A stretch of DNA of 64,000 nucleotides from an uncultured Chloroflexia bacterium (GTDB taxonomy: Bacteria > Chloroflexota > Limnocylindria > QHBO01), in the NCBI GenBank assembly GCA_963695195.1, contig CAVOGE010000007.1, positions 1,046,663-1,110,662 of the forward strand, read 5' to 3'. The translations under genes and the position numbers were made by a program. Positions 48,412 through 57,715 of the stretch are shown here, one piece after another. The notes under the pieces are model-generated. The model searched no databases, was not told the origin of the DNA, and worked only from the letters and a program-made list of their open reading frames with translations. Within the stretch, counting starts at the first letter, position 1; each line of letters starts with the position of its first letter.

Positions 48412-49250
48412 CCGATCAGCCCCTCTGCCTCGGCTCGCTCAATCGAGGCGAGGGAAACGTCAGGCGCTCCGCTGCCCTCGCCGCGTCGCAGCGCCTCGCG
48501 GACCTCGGTCACCATCTCGAAGTAGCGCCGGCTCTCGCGCGTCTCGAGGCCACGCGGGCGCGGCAGGTCGACCTCAACGATCTGCGTGATCCGTCCCGGG
48601 CGGGCGCTCATCACCACCACGCGGCTCGACAGGAAGACCGCTTCGGGTATCGAGTGCGTAACGAACACGACCGTGATGCCGGTCTGCTCCCAGATGCGAA
48701 GCACCTCGGAGTTCATGCGCTCGCGGGTCATCTCGTCGAGCGCGCCGAACGGCTCGTCCATCAGCAGAATTGCCGGCGAGAAGGTGAGCGCCCGTGCGAT
48801 GGCAACCCGCTGCTGCATCCCGCCCGACAGCTGGTACGGGTAGTGCCGCGCGAAGTCGGGCAGCTCCACCAGCTCGAGCATCTCCCGAACGCGGGCGTCG
48901 CGCTCTGCTCGCTCCTGCCCGGTCAGCTCCAGCGGCAGTCGCACGTTCTCCTCGACGGTGCGCCAGTCGAAGAGGACCGGCGCCTGGAAGACCATCCCGT
49001 AGTCGCGATCGAGACGCGCCTGCGGCGCGGGCTTGCCGTTCACGCTGACCGACCCCGCGGTCGGTTGCGTCAGGTCGCCGATCAGCCGCAGCAGCGTCGA
49101 CTTCCCGCAGCCGGACGGACCGATCAGCGATACGAACTCGCCGCGTCGCAGATCGAGGTCGATCCCCGTCAGGGCGGTCATGGTCGCCCCGCCCGACAGC
49201 GCGAAGTCCTTCTCGACCCCGGCAAGGCTGACCACGGGCTGGTCGCTCAT
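48408..49250 (-). CDS. ABC ATP-binding protein (SsuB/TauB-like)
   Basis: GPSGCGKST, LSGGMQQR, LMDEPFGALD, FVTHS; start 49250 (SD AGGAG) or 49265. Confidence 0.93.
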   Translation of the reverse strand: MSDQPVVSLAGVEKDFALSGGATMTALTGIDLDLRRGEFVSLIGPSGCGKSTLLRLIGDLTQPTAGSVSVNGKPAPQARLDRDYGMVFQAPVLFDWRTVEENVRLPLELTGQERAERDARVREMLELVELPDFARHYPYQLSGGMQQRVAIARALTFSPAILLMDEPFGALDEMTRERMNSEVLRIWEQTGITVVFVTHSIPEAVFLSSRVVVMSARPGRITQIVEVDLPRPRGLETRESRRYFEMVTEVREALRRGEGSGAPDVSLASIERAEAEGLIG

Positions 49251-49261
49251 CTGCTCTCCTG

Positions 49262-50158
49262 TCATCCGGCTGAGGCCTCCGGCCGGCCGCGCAGGACACG
49301 CAGCTCGACCAGGCGCACGAGGCTGTAGAAGCTCACGCCCAGCAGTGCGGCGACGAAGATGGCGCTCCACAGCTTGGACGGATTGGTCACGTACTGCTGG
49401 TTGAACTCGATGATCGACCAGCCGAGGCCCCCCTGGATGGCGCCCGGTCCCTCCCCGATGATCGCGCCCACGATGCTGGCGGTTGCGGTGATCTTGAGGG
49501 CCGTGAACAGGTAGGGGAGCGAGGCGGGCAGCCGCAGCTTCCACAGGATGGTGCGTCGAGAAGCTGCGAAGGAGCGCATCAGCTCCAGCGCCCGGGGATC
49601 GGGCGAACGCAGGCCGCGGATCATGGCGATCGTCACCGGGAAGAAGGTCAGGTAGGTGGCGATGATCACCACGCTCATCACGTTGTTGCCGAAGAAGAAG
49701 ACGATCATCGGCGCCAGGGCCACGATGGGGATGGTCTGGCTGGCCACGACGTACGGGACGAAGGCACGCTCGAGCAGCTGCGAGTGCACAAATGCCGCCG
49801 CCAGCGAGATGCCGAGCAGGCCCCCCAGCACGAAGCCGATTGCCGCCTCGCGCCACGTGTAGAGCGCCTTGATCGACAGGTGGACGAAGAGGGACTGGTC
49901 AGCGTTGCGCCGGTAGGGCCCGATCATGGTGTCCACGATGTCCCACAGATGCGGGAGGCCCTGGTCGTTGAGGACGTTGAACTTCAGCGGGGGCCGCCAC
50001 TCCCAGCCGAAGTAGCGCCACGGGTCGCCGCCGATGAACTTGGCCGCCTCCCACGCGACCAGCACCCCGAGCAGGAAGAGCAGATAGATCCGCGCCCGCC
50101 CAAACCTCGATCGGCCGGGAGGGCCCGCGGCCGGAATGACCTCAGGCGATCGCCGCAT
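49262..50158 (-). CDS. ABC permease (SsuC/TauC-like)
   Basis: SQTIPIVALAP, LTFFPV, LPYLFTALK, IVGAIIGE; start uncertain. Confidence 0.88.
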   Translation of the reverse strand: MRRSPEVIPAAGPPGRSRFGRARIYLLFLLGVLVAWEAAKFIGGDPWRYFGWEWRPPLKFNVLNDQGLPHLWDIVDTMIGPYRRNADQSLFVHLSIKALYTWREAAIGFVLGGLLGISLAAAFVHSQLLERAFVPYVVASQTIPIVALAPMIVFFFGNNVMSVVIIATYLTFFPVTIAMIRGLRSPDPRALELMRSFAASRRTILWKLRLPASLPYLFTALKITATASIVGAIIGEGPGAIQGGLGWSIIEFNQQYVTNPSKLWSAIFVAALLGVSFYSLVRLVELRVLRGRPEASAG

Positions 50159-51473
50159 CGGTCGCGTCGAGGGCTCGGTCGATGATCGCGAACCCTTCGC
50201 GCAGCTGCTCCTCGGTGATGCACAGCGGCGGGTTGGTGAAGACCTGGTTCCAGTGCAGCATGGTGTACAGACCGTCCGCCTTCAGCCGCGCGTCGAGTGC
50301 CTGCATCTCCGGCGAGGTGCCGTTGAAGGGCGCCATCGGCTCCATCGTCTCGCGCGAGCGCACCAGCTCGAAGATGCCGAAGAGGCCGATGCTGCGGACC
50401 GTCCCCACGCTCGGGTGCCGGGCCTGGAGGCCGGCCAGCAGCTCCTTCATGACCGGATCGAGGCGCGCGGCGTTGCCGACCAGGTCGTCGTCGCGCAGCA
50501 CGTTGACGGCCGCGATCGCCGCAGCGCAGCTGATCGGGTGGGACGAGTAGGTGAGCCCGCCGAAGTAGACCCGCTCGTTGAAGTGCTCGGCGATCCTGGG
50601 GCTCATCGCCACCGCGCCGAGCGGCATGTATGAGCTGGTCAGCCCCTTGGCCATCGTCAACAGGTCGGGCACGACGTTCCAGTGATCCACCGCGAACCAG
50701 CGTCCGGTGCGGCCGAAGCCAGCCATCACCTCGTCGGCGATCATCACGATGCCGTGCCTGGTGCACAGCTCGCGGATCCCCTGGAGGTAGCCGTCGGGCG
50801 GGATCAAGATCCCGTTGGTGCCGGTGACCGTCTCCATGATGAAGGCGGCGATGGTGTGCGGCCCCTCGTACTGCATCACCTCTTCGATGTAGGCGAGGTG
50901 CTCCTCGACCGGCTCGGCCTCGCTGCGCGCCCAGCGCCATGGGTCGAGCACGCGGATGATCCCCGGGATGCCCGGCTCGTTGGCCCAGCGTCGCGGGTCG
51001 CCGGTGACACTGATCGCCCCGGCGGTCGCGCCATGGTACGAGCGGTGGTAGGCCATCACCTTCTGACGTCCGGTGGAGATGCGGGCCATGCGCAGGGCGT
51101 TCTCGTTGGCCTCGGCGCCGCCCAGCGTGAAGAAGAACCGATTCAGGTCGCCCGGCGTGACCTCGGCGAGGAGCTGTCCGAGCCGGCCGCGGACCTCGGT
51201 GGCGAACTGCGGAGCGGCGAAGGCCAGCTTGTGGGCCTGCTCGGCGATGGCATCGGCCACGCGCTTGTCGCCATGGCCGATGTTGACGCTCATCAGCTGT
51301 GAATTGAAGTCGATGTAGCGCTTGCCGTCGGGGTCCCAGAAGTGGATCCCCTCGGCGCGGTCAACAACGATCGGGTTGATCTTTGCCTGGGCCGACCAGG
51401 AGAAGAAGGTGTACTCGCGGTTGAGGCGCAGGATCTCGTCGGTGGTGAGCCGATCGGTGGAGGTGACGGTCAT
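50142..51473 (-). CDS. Class III aminotransferase (probable beta-alanine/omega-amino acid transaminase, PydD-like)
   Basis: FFTLGGAEANE, SYHGAT, IADEVMAGFGRTG, MAKGLT, GLTYSSHP; pyrimidine-catabolism context. Confidence 0.87.
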   Translation of the reverse strand: MTVTSTDRLTTDEILRLNREYTFFSWSAQAKINPIVVDRAEGIHFWDPDGKRYIDFNSQLMSVNIGHGDKRVADAIAEQAHKLAFAAPQFATEVRGRLGQLLAEVTPGDLNRFFFTLGGAEANENALRMARISTGRQKVMAYHRSYHGATAGAISVTGDPRRWANEPGIPGIIRVLDPWRWARSEAEPVEEHLAYIEEVMQYEGPHTIAAFIMETVTGTNGILIPPDGYLQGIRELCTRHGIVMIADEVMAGFGRTGRWFAVDHWNVVPDLLTMAKGLTSSYMPLGAVAMSPRIAEHFNERVYFGGLTYSSHPISCAAAIAAVNVLRDDDLVGNAARLDPVMKELLAGLQARHPSVGTVRSIGLFGIFELVRSRETMEPMAPFNGTSPEMQALDARLKADGLYTMLHWNQVFTNPPLCITEEQLREGFAIIDRALDATDAAIA

Positions 51474-51491
51474 CGGTACCTCGAAGGCGCA

Positions 51492-51524
51492 CGGCTTGTG
51501 GGGGACCGATTACACCACAAGCCG
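51492..51524. promoter_or_regulatory. Inverted repeat over the aminotransferase/ABC operon promoter (candidate operator)
   Basis: CGGCTTGTGG-N13-CCACAAGCCG perfect 10-bp arms; the spacer contains TGTAAT on the minus strand. Confidence 0.4.
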
Positions 51525-51552
51525 CGTGTCGCAGAGGGGTAGCATCGGTCCG

Positions 51553-52155
51553 GTGAACCTGCTGGAGCGCGAATCGCTTCTCGGAAGGCTGCACACCGTG
51601 CTCTCGGAGAGTCGCCGCGGGCAGGGGAGGCTGGCGCTGATCGGCGGCGAGGCGGGGATCGGCAAGACGAGCCTGGTCGAGCAGCTCTGTGCTGACAGCG
51701 CCGGCCTGGTCCAGGTGCTGTGGGGGTCGTGCGACCCGGTCATGCCAGCCCGGCCGTTCGCACCGCTTCGCGATATCGCAGATGAGATCGGCGGCCCGCT
51801 GCGTGCGGCGCTGGATGCGGCTGATCGCGACCGGATCCTGGAGGCGTTCCTGGCAATGCTGCGACGACCCGCGGGACCGGTCCGCCTGATCGTCCTGGAC
51901 GATATGCATTGGGCCGACGAGGCCACGCTTGACCTGCTCAGGATCGTCGGACGGCGCGTGCGCAGCCTCCGCGTGCTCGTCATCGCGACCTACCGCGACG
52001 ACGAAGTGGGCAGCCGACACCCGCTCCGCCTGGCGCTCGGCGACATTCCGCCGGGCACGCTGGTCGAGCTTCGGGTGCCACCCCTCTCGCCCGCCGCCGT
52101 CGCCGAGCTGGCTCGAGGGGTGGAGATTGATCCGGCGGAGCTTCACCGCAACTGA
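51553..52155 (+). pseudogene. Truncated AAA-ATPase of a MalT/LAL (LuxR-type) regulator
   Basis: LLERES, GEAGIGKT, LDDMHWADEATLDLL. Stops at ELHRN*, where the family continues TGGNP; no TPR or HTH follows. Confidence 0.72.
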
Positions 52156-52199
52156 CCGGGGTCTTCCGCCCCTAGCGCCGATTCGGCCAATCGCACACG

Positions 52200-52230
52200 A
52201 GCCGGGCTGGGCCGTCCAGCCCGGCTTCTT
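52200..52230. terminator. Hairpin terminator between convergent genes
   Basis: AGCCGGGCTGG-GCCGT-CCAGCCCGGCT followed by TCTT. Confidence 0.65.
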
Positions 52231-52234
52231 GGTG

Positions 52235-53631
52235 TCAGCCAGAAGGTCGCGTTCGCGCGCGCAGGATGGCATCGGCGGTGCGGTCGATATCGGCCTCGGT
52301 GGTCGACCAGTTGCTGACGCTGATGCGCATGGCCCCCATCCCGTGCCAGGTGGTGGTGCCCATCCAGGCCTCACCGCCAGCCTGCACGCGTGCCACCACT
52401 TCGCGGGTGAACGCATCGGCATCGCCACCGTCGCCAGGCGTGAAGCGCACGAGCACCTGGTTCAGCACGACGTCATTCAGGATCTCGACCCCGTCAGCAG
52501 CGTCGAGCCGCTCCGCCATTCGTCGGGCCAGCTGGGAACAGCGCTCGACCATCTCGCGCACCCCGCTCCGGCCGAGGGAGCGGAGGGCCGCGTAGACGAT
52601 GAAGCCGCGCGCCCGGCGCGAGGAGTCAAGCACGTACTCCCAGTTGTCGCGGTGGGCGGCGTCCTGCATCAGGTACGCGGCTGTCGCCGACATCGCCGCG
52701 CGGTGTGCCTCGCGTCCCCGAACAGCGACGAACCCGCAGTCGTAGCCCGAGTTGAGCCACTTGTGCGCGTCGGTGGCCCACGAATCGGCGCGCTCGACGC
52801 CGGCGACGAGGTGGCGCAGCTCCGGACTTGCTGCAGCCCAGAGTCCAAACGCGCCATCGACATGGAGCCACGCGTTGGGGTGGCCGACAAGCGCGTCCGC
52901 CACCGCATTCGCCGGATCGAAGGCTCCGGTGTTCACGTTCCCCGCCTGGATGCAGACGATCGTCGGCATATCCGTGTCGAGCACCTCTGGCAACGCGTCC
53001 GCACGCATCCGCCCCTGCTCGTCGGTAGGGATCCTTGTCACCCGCTCACGACCGAGTCCGAGGTATTGCAGCCCGGCAAGCAGCGTGGAATGCACCTCAT
53101 CTCCCACGATGACCCGGATCTCCGGTGCGCCGTACAGGCCGCGCGCCTCCACGTCCCAGCCGACCCGCTCGAGCACGGTATGGCGACCGACCGCGAGGCC
53201 CACGGTGCTGCCCAACGCCGCCCCGGTGGGGAAGCCGAAACTCGCATCGGCGGGCAAGCCGAGCAGTTCGAGCATCCACGGTCCAGCCACCAGCTCGGCG
53301 GCCGCGGCCGCCGGCGACAGCGGGTGGAGGTTGGCCGCCTGCGACCACGCGCCCGTCAGCCAGTCGGCTCCCGCCGCGGCTGGCAGCGACCCCCCGATCA
53401 CGAAGCCAAAGTATCGCGGTCCCGCCGATGCCACCAGTCCCGGGTCGAAGTCGCGCGCCATCTCCTCGACGACCACCAAGGGGTCCTCCCCCCTTCAGGT
53501 AGCGGGCCGCCCAGCCGGGCCACCAGGCCGGCGTCATCGGTCTGTGCGCCGACATGGCGCTCGGGCAGCCCCAGGACGAATTCGATTCCCAGTTCCGCCG
53601 CCCGGCGCATGGCCCGTTCGCGCGATTCCAT
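52235..53631 (-). CDS. PLP-dependent group II decarboxylase, with a -1 frameshift near codon 47
   Basis: GPRYFGFVIGG, WLHVDGAFGLW, WATDAHKWL, MRISV. N-terminus MESRERAMRRAAELG...PLPEGG is in another frame; one more base in the C6 run 53488-53493 gives PEGGEDPLVVVEEM. Confidence 0.85.
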
Positions 53632-53633
53632 CG

Positions 53634-54236
53634 TCAGCCCGCGGGCGTCGCAGCGGCTGCGTGCAATGGCTCGCCGACCAGCTCGGCCAGCCGCTCGGCG
53701 ATCGCCCACCAGTCGAACGACTCGGTGACGTCGGACGCCCGCACCGTAAGCAGCCGCTCCCCGGGGATGTAGGTCGGGATGATCCGGTCCAGGATCGTCT
53801 CGATCTCGTCACGGAACGCGTCGTTGGTGGAGCGCACCCCGTCGGCCAGCAGCGCCACATCGGGCAGCAGGCGCACGAACAGGTCGTAGGTGCCGGCCCA
53901 CGAGCGGATGAGCGGCTCGACCTCGAACGGATCGGCGCCATCGGTCACCCGCAGGAAATACGCGAAGTTGTCGACCACGGACCGATCGGTCACGAGCACC
54001 TCGGCCTGATTTCGCAGCTCCAGCTCCTGCTGAATCTGCGCCATCAGCACCCAGAGCTGCGCCTCGGGCGTGGCCCCCTCATTGCGGCCCAGCGGGTTGA
54101 AGCGGATCACCTCGCGACCCACCTCGACGCTCCGCCCGGCCCGCCCGATCGTGCTGGCAAAGGCGTGCACCGCGTTCGTCTTGCGCACCGAATGCGAGCC
54201 GATGAAGGCGATCTTTGCGGCGTTCTTCCATGACAT
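53634..54236 (-). CDS. NadR/Ttd14-like P-loop protein (AAA_28)
   Basis: KIAFIGSHSVRKT (variant Walker A), EVGRE, VTDRSVVDNFAY, DGVRS. Confidence 0.7.
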   Translation of the reverse strand: MSWKNAAKIAFIGSHSVRKTNAVHAFASTIGRAGRSVEVGREVIRFNPLGRNEGATPEAQLWVLMAQIQQELELRNQAEVLVTDRSVVDNFAYFLRVTDGADPFEVEPLIRSWAGTYDLFVRLLPDVALLADGVRSTNDAFRDEIETILDRIIPTYIPGERLLTVRASDVTESFDWWAIAERLAELVGEPLHAAAATPAG

Positions 54237-54312
54237 CGGTCAGCGCATTGTGCACGTCGGGGGACTATGCGATAAGGCTCCGCCGGACTAGCCTGCAGCA
54301 AGGAGGTTTGCG

Positions 54313-54702
54313 ATGGTCCAGCCGATCGAGCGGATCCTGGTGCGTCACCTGGGGAGCCGTCTGTCGGTGCCACTCTTCCTGGTCGACTCCGAGGGCACGC
54401 TGGTCTACTACAACGAAGCCGCCGAGGGCGTCCTGGGTCGTCGCTTTGACGACGCCGGCGAGATGGGCTTTGCGGAGTGGACCTCGGCCTTCGCCGTGCG
54501 CGATGACAGCGGGAGTCCGCTGGATATCGATGAGTTGCCGCTGGTCAAGGCACTGCGCGAGCGTCGCCCCGCTCACGCCCGCTTTGACATCACGGGCCTG
54601 GATGGAGCGATGCGCACCCTGGAGGTCGCCGCCTTCCCGCTGCAGGGCCAGGGCGGCAGCCGGCTTGGTGCTGTCGCGCTCTTCTGGGAGACCTCAGCGT
54701 GA
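54313..54702 (+). CDS. Stand-alone PAS domain protein
   Basis: LFLVDSEGTLVYYNEAAEGVLG, ELPLVKAL, AFPL...GAVALFWE; SD AAGGAGG. Confidence 0.82.
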   Translation: MVQPIERILVRHLGSRLSVPLFLVDSEGTLVYYNEAAEGVLGRRFDDAGEMGFAEWTSAFAVRDDSGSPLDIDELPLVKALRERRPAHARFDITGLDGAMRTLEVAAFPLQGQGGSRLGAVALFWETSA

Positions 54703-54712
54703 CACGCCGGTG

Positions 54713-55540
54713 ATGGTCCGGCTGTGGGGAACGCGCGGATCGGTCGCAAGTCCAGGCCCCGACACGATCCGCTACGGCGGCAACACGGCCTGCGTCGAGG
54801 TCCGCACCGACGACGCGCTCCTCGTGCTCGACGCCGGGACCGGCATCCGTCGGCTCGGGACGGCGCTGCGCGAGCACCAAGGCCGAATCGACCTGTTGCT
54901 GACCCATCTGCACCTCGACCACCTGCAGGGGATCGGCTTCTTTGAGCCGTGCTTCCGGGCGGACATCGAGTTGCACATCTGGGGTCCGCCATCCACGACC
55001 ATGAATCTTCGGGAACGCCTGTCGCGATACCTGTCGCCGCCCCTCTTCCCGGTGCGCCTGCGCGATCTCGGCTCTCGAGTCTCGCTGCACGACGTGCCTG
55101 CCGAGCCCTTTACCGTCGGTTCGCTGACGATCAGCGCGGATGCGGTCATCCACCCCGACCCGACGGTCGGCTACCGCATCACCGGCGGGGGCCGGACGCT
55201 CGCCTACCTGCCGGATCACGAGCCCGCGCTGGGGGCCCCATCCTTCCCGCTGTCGCCGGGCTGGACCTCGGGGCACGGCGTGGCGGCTGGCGCTGACCTG
55301 CTGATCCACGATGCCCAGTACACCGCCGCCGAATATCCCGATCGGATCGGCTGGGGACACAGCTCGGTGGAGCACGCATGGGCCTTCGCCGTGCAGGCGG
55401 AGGCTCGCCGCCTCGTCACCTTCCACCACGATCCGAGCCATGCGGACGATCAGCTCGATCAACTGGTGGCCGACCTCCAGGCCCGCGATGGGCCGGAGGT
55501 GGTCGGTGGCGCAGAGGGGCTGGAGTTCACCCTCAACTGA
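54713..55540 (+). CDS. MBL-fold metallohydrolase (RNase Z / cNMP phosphodiesterase-like)
   Basis: WGTRGS, RYGGNTAC, LDAGTG, THLHLDHLQG, PDHE, IHDAQY, GWGHS, FHHDP. Confidence 0.88.
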   Translation: MVRLWGTRGSVASPGPDTIRYGGNTACVEVRTDDALLVLDAGTGIRRLGTALREHQGRIDLLLTHLHLDHLQGIGFFEPCFRADIELHIWGPPSTTMNLRERLSRYLSPPLFPVRLRDLGSRVSLHDVPAEPFTVGSLTISADAVIHPDPTVGYRITGGGRTLAYLPDHEPALGAPSFPLSPGWTSGHGVAAGADLLIHDAQYTAAEYPDRIGWGHSSVEHAWAFAVQAEARRLVTFHHDPSHADDQLDQLVADLQARDGPEVVGGAEGLEFTLN

Positions 55541-55630
55541 CCTTCGCCGCTGGCCCGCTGAGCGGTGTGATGCGCTGCTGCAGGTGTAATGTATCGGCTC
55601 CCTGACCCGACCGAACCCAGGAGGAAACGA

Positions 55631-56479
55631 ATGGCGCGAATCATCCGCGCGGCCCTGTTGCAGGCCGACTGGACCGGCGACAAGGAGTCGATGATCTCCA
55701 AGCATGAGAAGTACGCGCGCGAGGCAGCCAAGCAGGGCGCCAAGGTGATGTGCTTCCAGGAGCTCTTCTACGGTCCGTACTTCTGCCAGGTGCAGGACCC
55801 GCAGTACTTCTCCTACACCGAACACATCCCGGACGGTCCCACGACCAAGCGCATGCAGGAACTGGCGCGCGAGACCGGGATGGTGTTGATCGTACCGATG
55901 TACGAGGAGGACTCGGACACGGCCGGGATCTACTACAACACCGCCGCGGTGATCGACGCCGATGGCTCCTACCTGGGCAAGTACCGCAAGACCCACATCC
56001 CGCACGTCAAGGGCTTCTGGGAGAAGTTCTACTTCCGCCCCGGCAACACCGGCTACCCGGTCTTCGACACCGCCGTCGGCAAGGTGGGCGTCTACATCTG
56101 CTACGACCGCCATTTCCCCGAGGGCGCGCGGGCGCTGGGGCTCAACGGCGCCGAGCTGGTCTTCATTCCTTCGGCCACGTCGCGCGGGTTGAGCGAGTAC
56201 CTGTGGCGCGTCGAGCAGGTCTCGCATGCGCTCGCCAATGGGTACTACGTGGGGACGATCAACCGGGTCGGTATCGAGCCCCTTGGTGAAGACGACTTCT
56301 ACGGGCAGTCCTACTTCGTGGATCCCCGCGGCCAGTTCGTCGGCGAGGTGGGGGACGCCTACAAGGAGGAGCTGCTGGTCCGCGACCTCGATATGGACAC
56401 GATCACCGAGGTTCGGCAGCTCTGGCAGTTCTACCGTGATCGGCGTCCCGATGCCTACGCTGACCTGGTGCGCCCGTAG
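55631..56479 (+). CDS. pydC: Beta-ureidopropionase (nitrilase / CN-hydrolase family)
   Basis: Triad FQELF, KYRKTHIP, ICYDRHFPE; GFWEKFYFRPGN; SD GGAGG. Confidence 0.85.
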   Translation: MARIIRAALLQADWTGDKESMISKHEKYAREAAKQGAKVMCFQELFYGPYFCQVQDPQYFSYTEHIPDGPTTKRMQELARETGMVLIVPMYEEDSDTAGIYYNTAAVIDADGSYLGKYRKTHIPHVKGFWEKFYFRPGNTGYPVFDTAVGKVGVYICYDRHFPEGARALGLNGAELVFIPSATSRGLSEYLWRVEQVSHALANGYYVGTINRVGIEPLGEDDFYGQSYFVDPRGQFVGEVGDAYKEELLVRDLDMDTITEVRQLWQFYRDRRPDAYADLVRP

Positions 56480-56480
56480 G

Positions 56481-56691
56481 GTGGGCAGATACGGGCGCCC
56501 GTTACTACGTGACGTAGTTCAACAGCGCATCTGCCCGCATCAAGCACCGAATAGCACGTGAACTGCGTCATGCCACTACCTCTCGTAGTACGGCGACACG
56601 CGGAGGGCTCCGTACGCGCTGATGTACTACGTCACGTGGTGCGGCGACACGCGCCGAGCTCTCCACGTGCCGATGAACCACGTCACGTGGT
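56481..56691. repeat. REP-like palindromic repeat cluster (15-bp palindrome x4; 51-bp period)
   Basis: ACTACGTGACGTAGT 56504, ACTACCTCTCGTAGT 56575, ACTACGTCACGTGGT 56626, ACCACGTCACGTGGT 56677. The first copy caps a long hairpin 56481-56538. Confidence 0.75.
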
Positions 56692-56716
56692 AAGCCGTGG
56701 AGGACAGGGGACGTAG

Positions 56717-57709
56717 ATGGACTTCGGATTCACGCTCAAGCCCGATAACGACCTCGGACGCACCGTCGAGCTGACGAAGCGTGCCGAGGGAAATGGCTTC
56801 ACGTACGGCTGGATCTTCGACAGCCACGTGCTGTGGCGCGAGCCGTACGTCCCGCTGACGCTGATGGCCCAGGCCACGACGGCCATGCGCCTCGGCACCT
56901 GTGTCACGAATCCCGCCACGCGCGAGCCGAGCGTCACCGCCTCGACCCTGGCGGTGCTCGACGAGCTGAGCGGCGGGCGGATGGACCTGGGGATCGGTCG
57001 CGGAGACAGCGCGCGCAGGGTGCTCGGCAAGCCGCCGACCACCATGAAGACGCTCGAGGAGGCGATCGGCGTCATCCGCGACCTGGTCGAGGGCCGCACC
57101 GTCAACTTCGAGGGCACCGACCTGGTCCTCCCGTGGACCGGCAAGTGGAAGCTCCCCGTCTGGGTCGCCGGCTACGGACCGATGGCGCTGGCCATGACCG
57201 GCCGCATCGCCGACGGACTGATCCTCCAGCTGGCCGATCCCGACCTGATTCGGTTCTTCGTCGCGCAGGTCCGCGAGGCAGAGGCAGGCGCCGGCCGCTC
57301 ACCGGGCAGCGTTCGCGTGCAGTCGGCGGCCGCCGCGCACGTGGGCCCCCGCGAGGTCGGGCGTGAGCGGACCCGCTGGTTCCCCGCCCTGGTCAGCAAC
57401 CACGTGGTCGACCTCGTGAACAGGTACCCGCGCGAGCAGCTGCCCGAGGCGCTGACCGGCTACGTCACTGACCGCACGGGGTACGACTACCTCCACCACG
57501 CCGAGGTCGGCTCGAGCAACGCGGCCTTCGTCGGCGACGAGGTGATCGACCGGTTCTGCTTGCTGGGCGAACCCGACGAGCATGTCGCCAAGCTCCACGA
57601 GCTCGCCGACGCGGGCGTGGACCAGTTCAACTTCTACCTGATGAACGGCGACGAGGAAGACCAGCTGGACCGATACGGCCGCGACGTCATTCCCGCCATG
57701 AACCGATAG
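56717..57709 (+). CDS. LLM-class, Mer-like putative F420-dependent oxidoreductase (TIGR03842-like)
   Basis: MDFGFTL, WIFDSHVLWREP, GTCVTNPATR, GIGRGDSA, VAGYGP, ILQLADP, YDYLHH, DRFCLLG. Confidence 0.85.
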   Translation: MDFGFTLKPDNDLGRTVELTKRAEGNGFTYGWIFDSHVLWREPYVPLTLMAQATTAMRLGTCVTNPATREPSVTASTLAVLDELSGGRMDLGIGRGDSARRVLGKPPTTMKTLEEAIGVIRDLVEGRTVNFEGTDLVLPWTGKWKLPVWVAGYGPMALAMTGRIADGLILQLADPDLIRFFVAQVREAEAGAGRSPGSVRVQSAAAAHVGPREVGRERTRWFPALVSNHVVDLVNRYPREQLPEALTGYVTDRTGYDYLHHAEVGSSNAAFVGDEVIDRFCLLGEPDEHVAKLHELADAGVDQFNFYLMNGDEEDQLDRYGRDVIPAMNR

Positions 57710-57715
57710 GCGCGC

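Noticed and set aside
1093-56227. Long antisense or alternate-frame ORFs (e.g. 1093-3039+, 4266-5999+, 13113-14804+, 34506-35969-, 51929-53728+, 54590-56227-)
   Set aside because: Shadows of real high-GC3 genes on the opposite strand; no family motifs and biased Arg/Pro/His/Val composition.
56481-56691. CRISPR array
   Set aside because: Repeats are only 15 bp and degenerate, the intervening sequences resemble each other rather than being unique spacers, and there are no cas genes.
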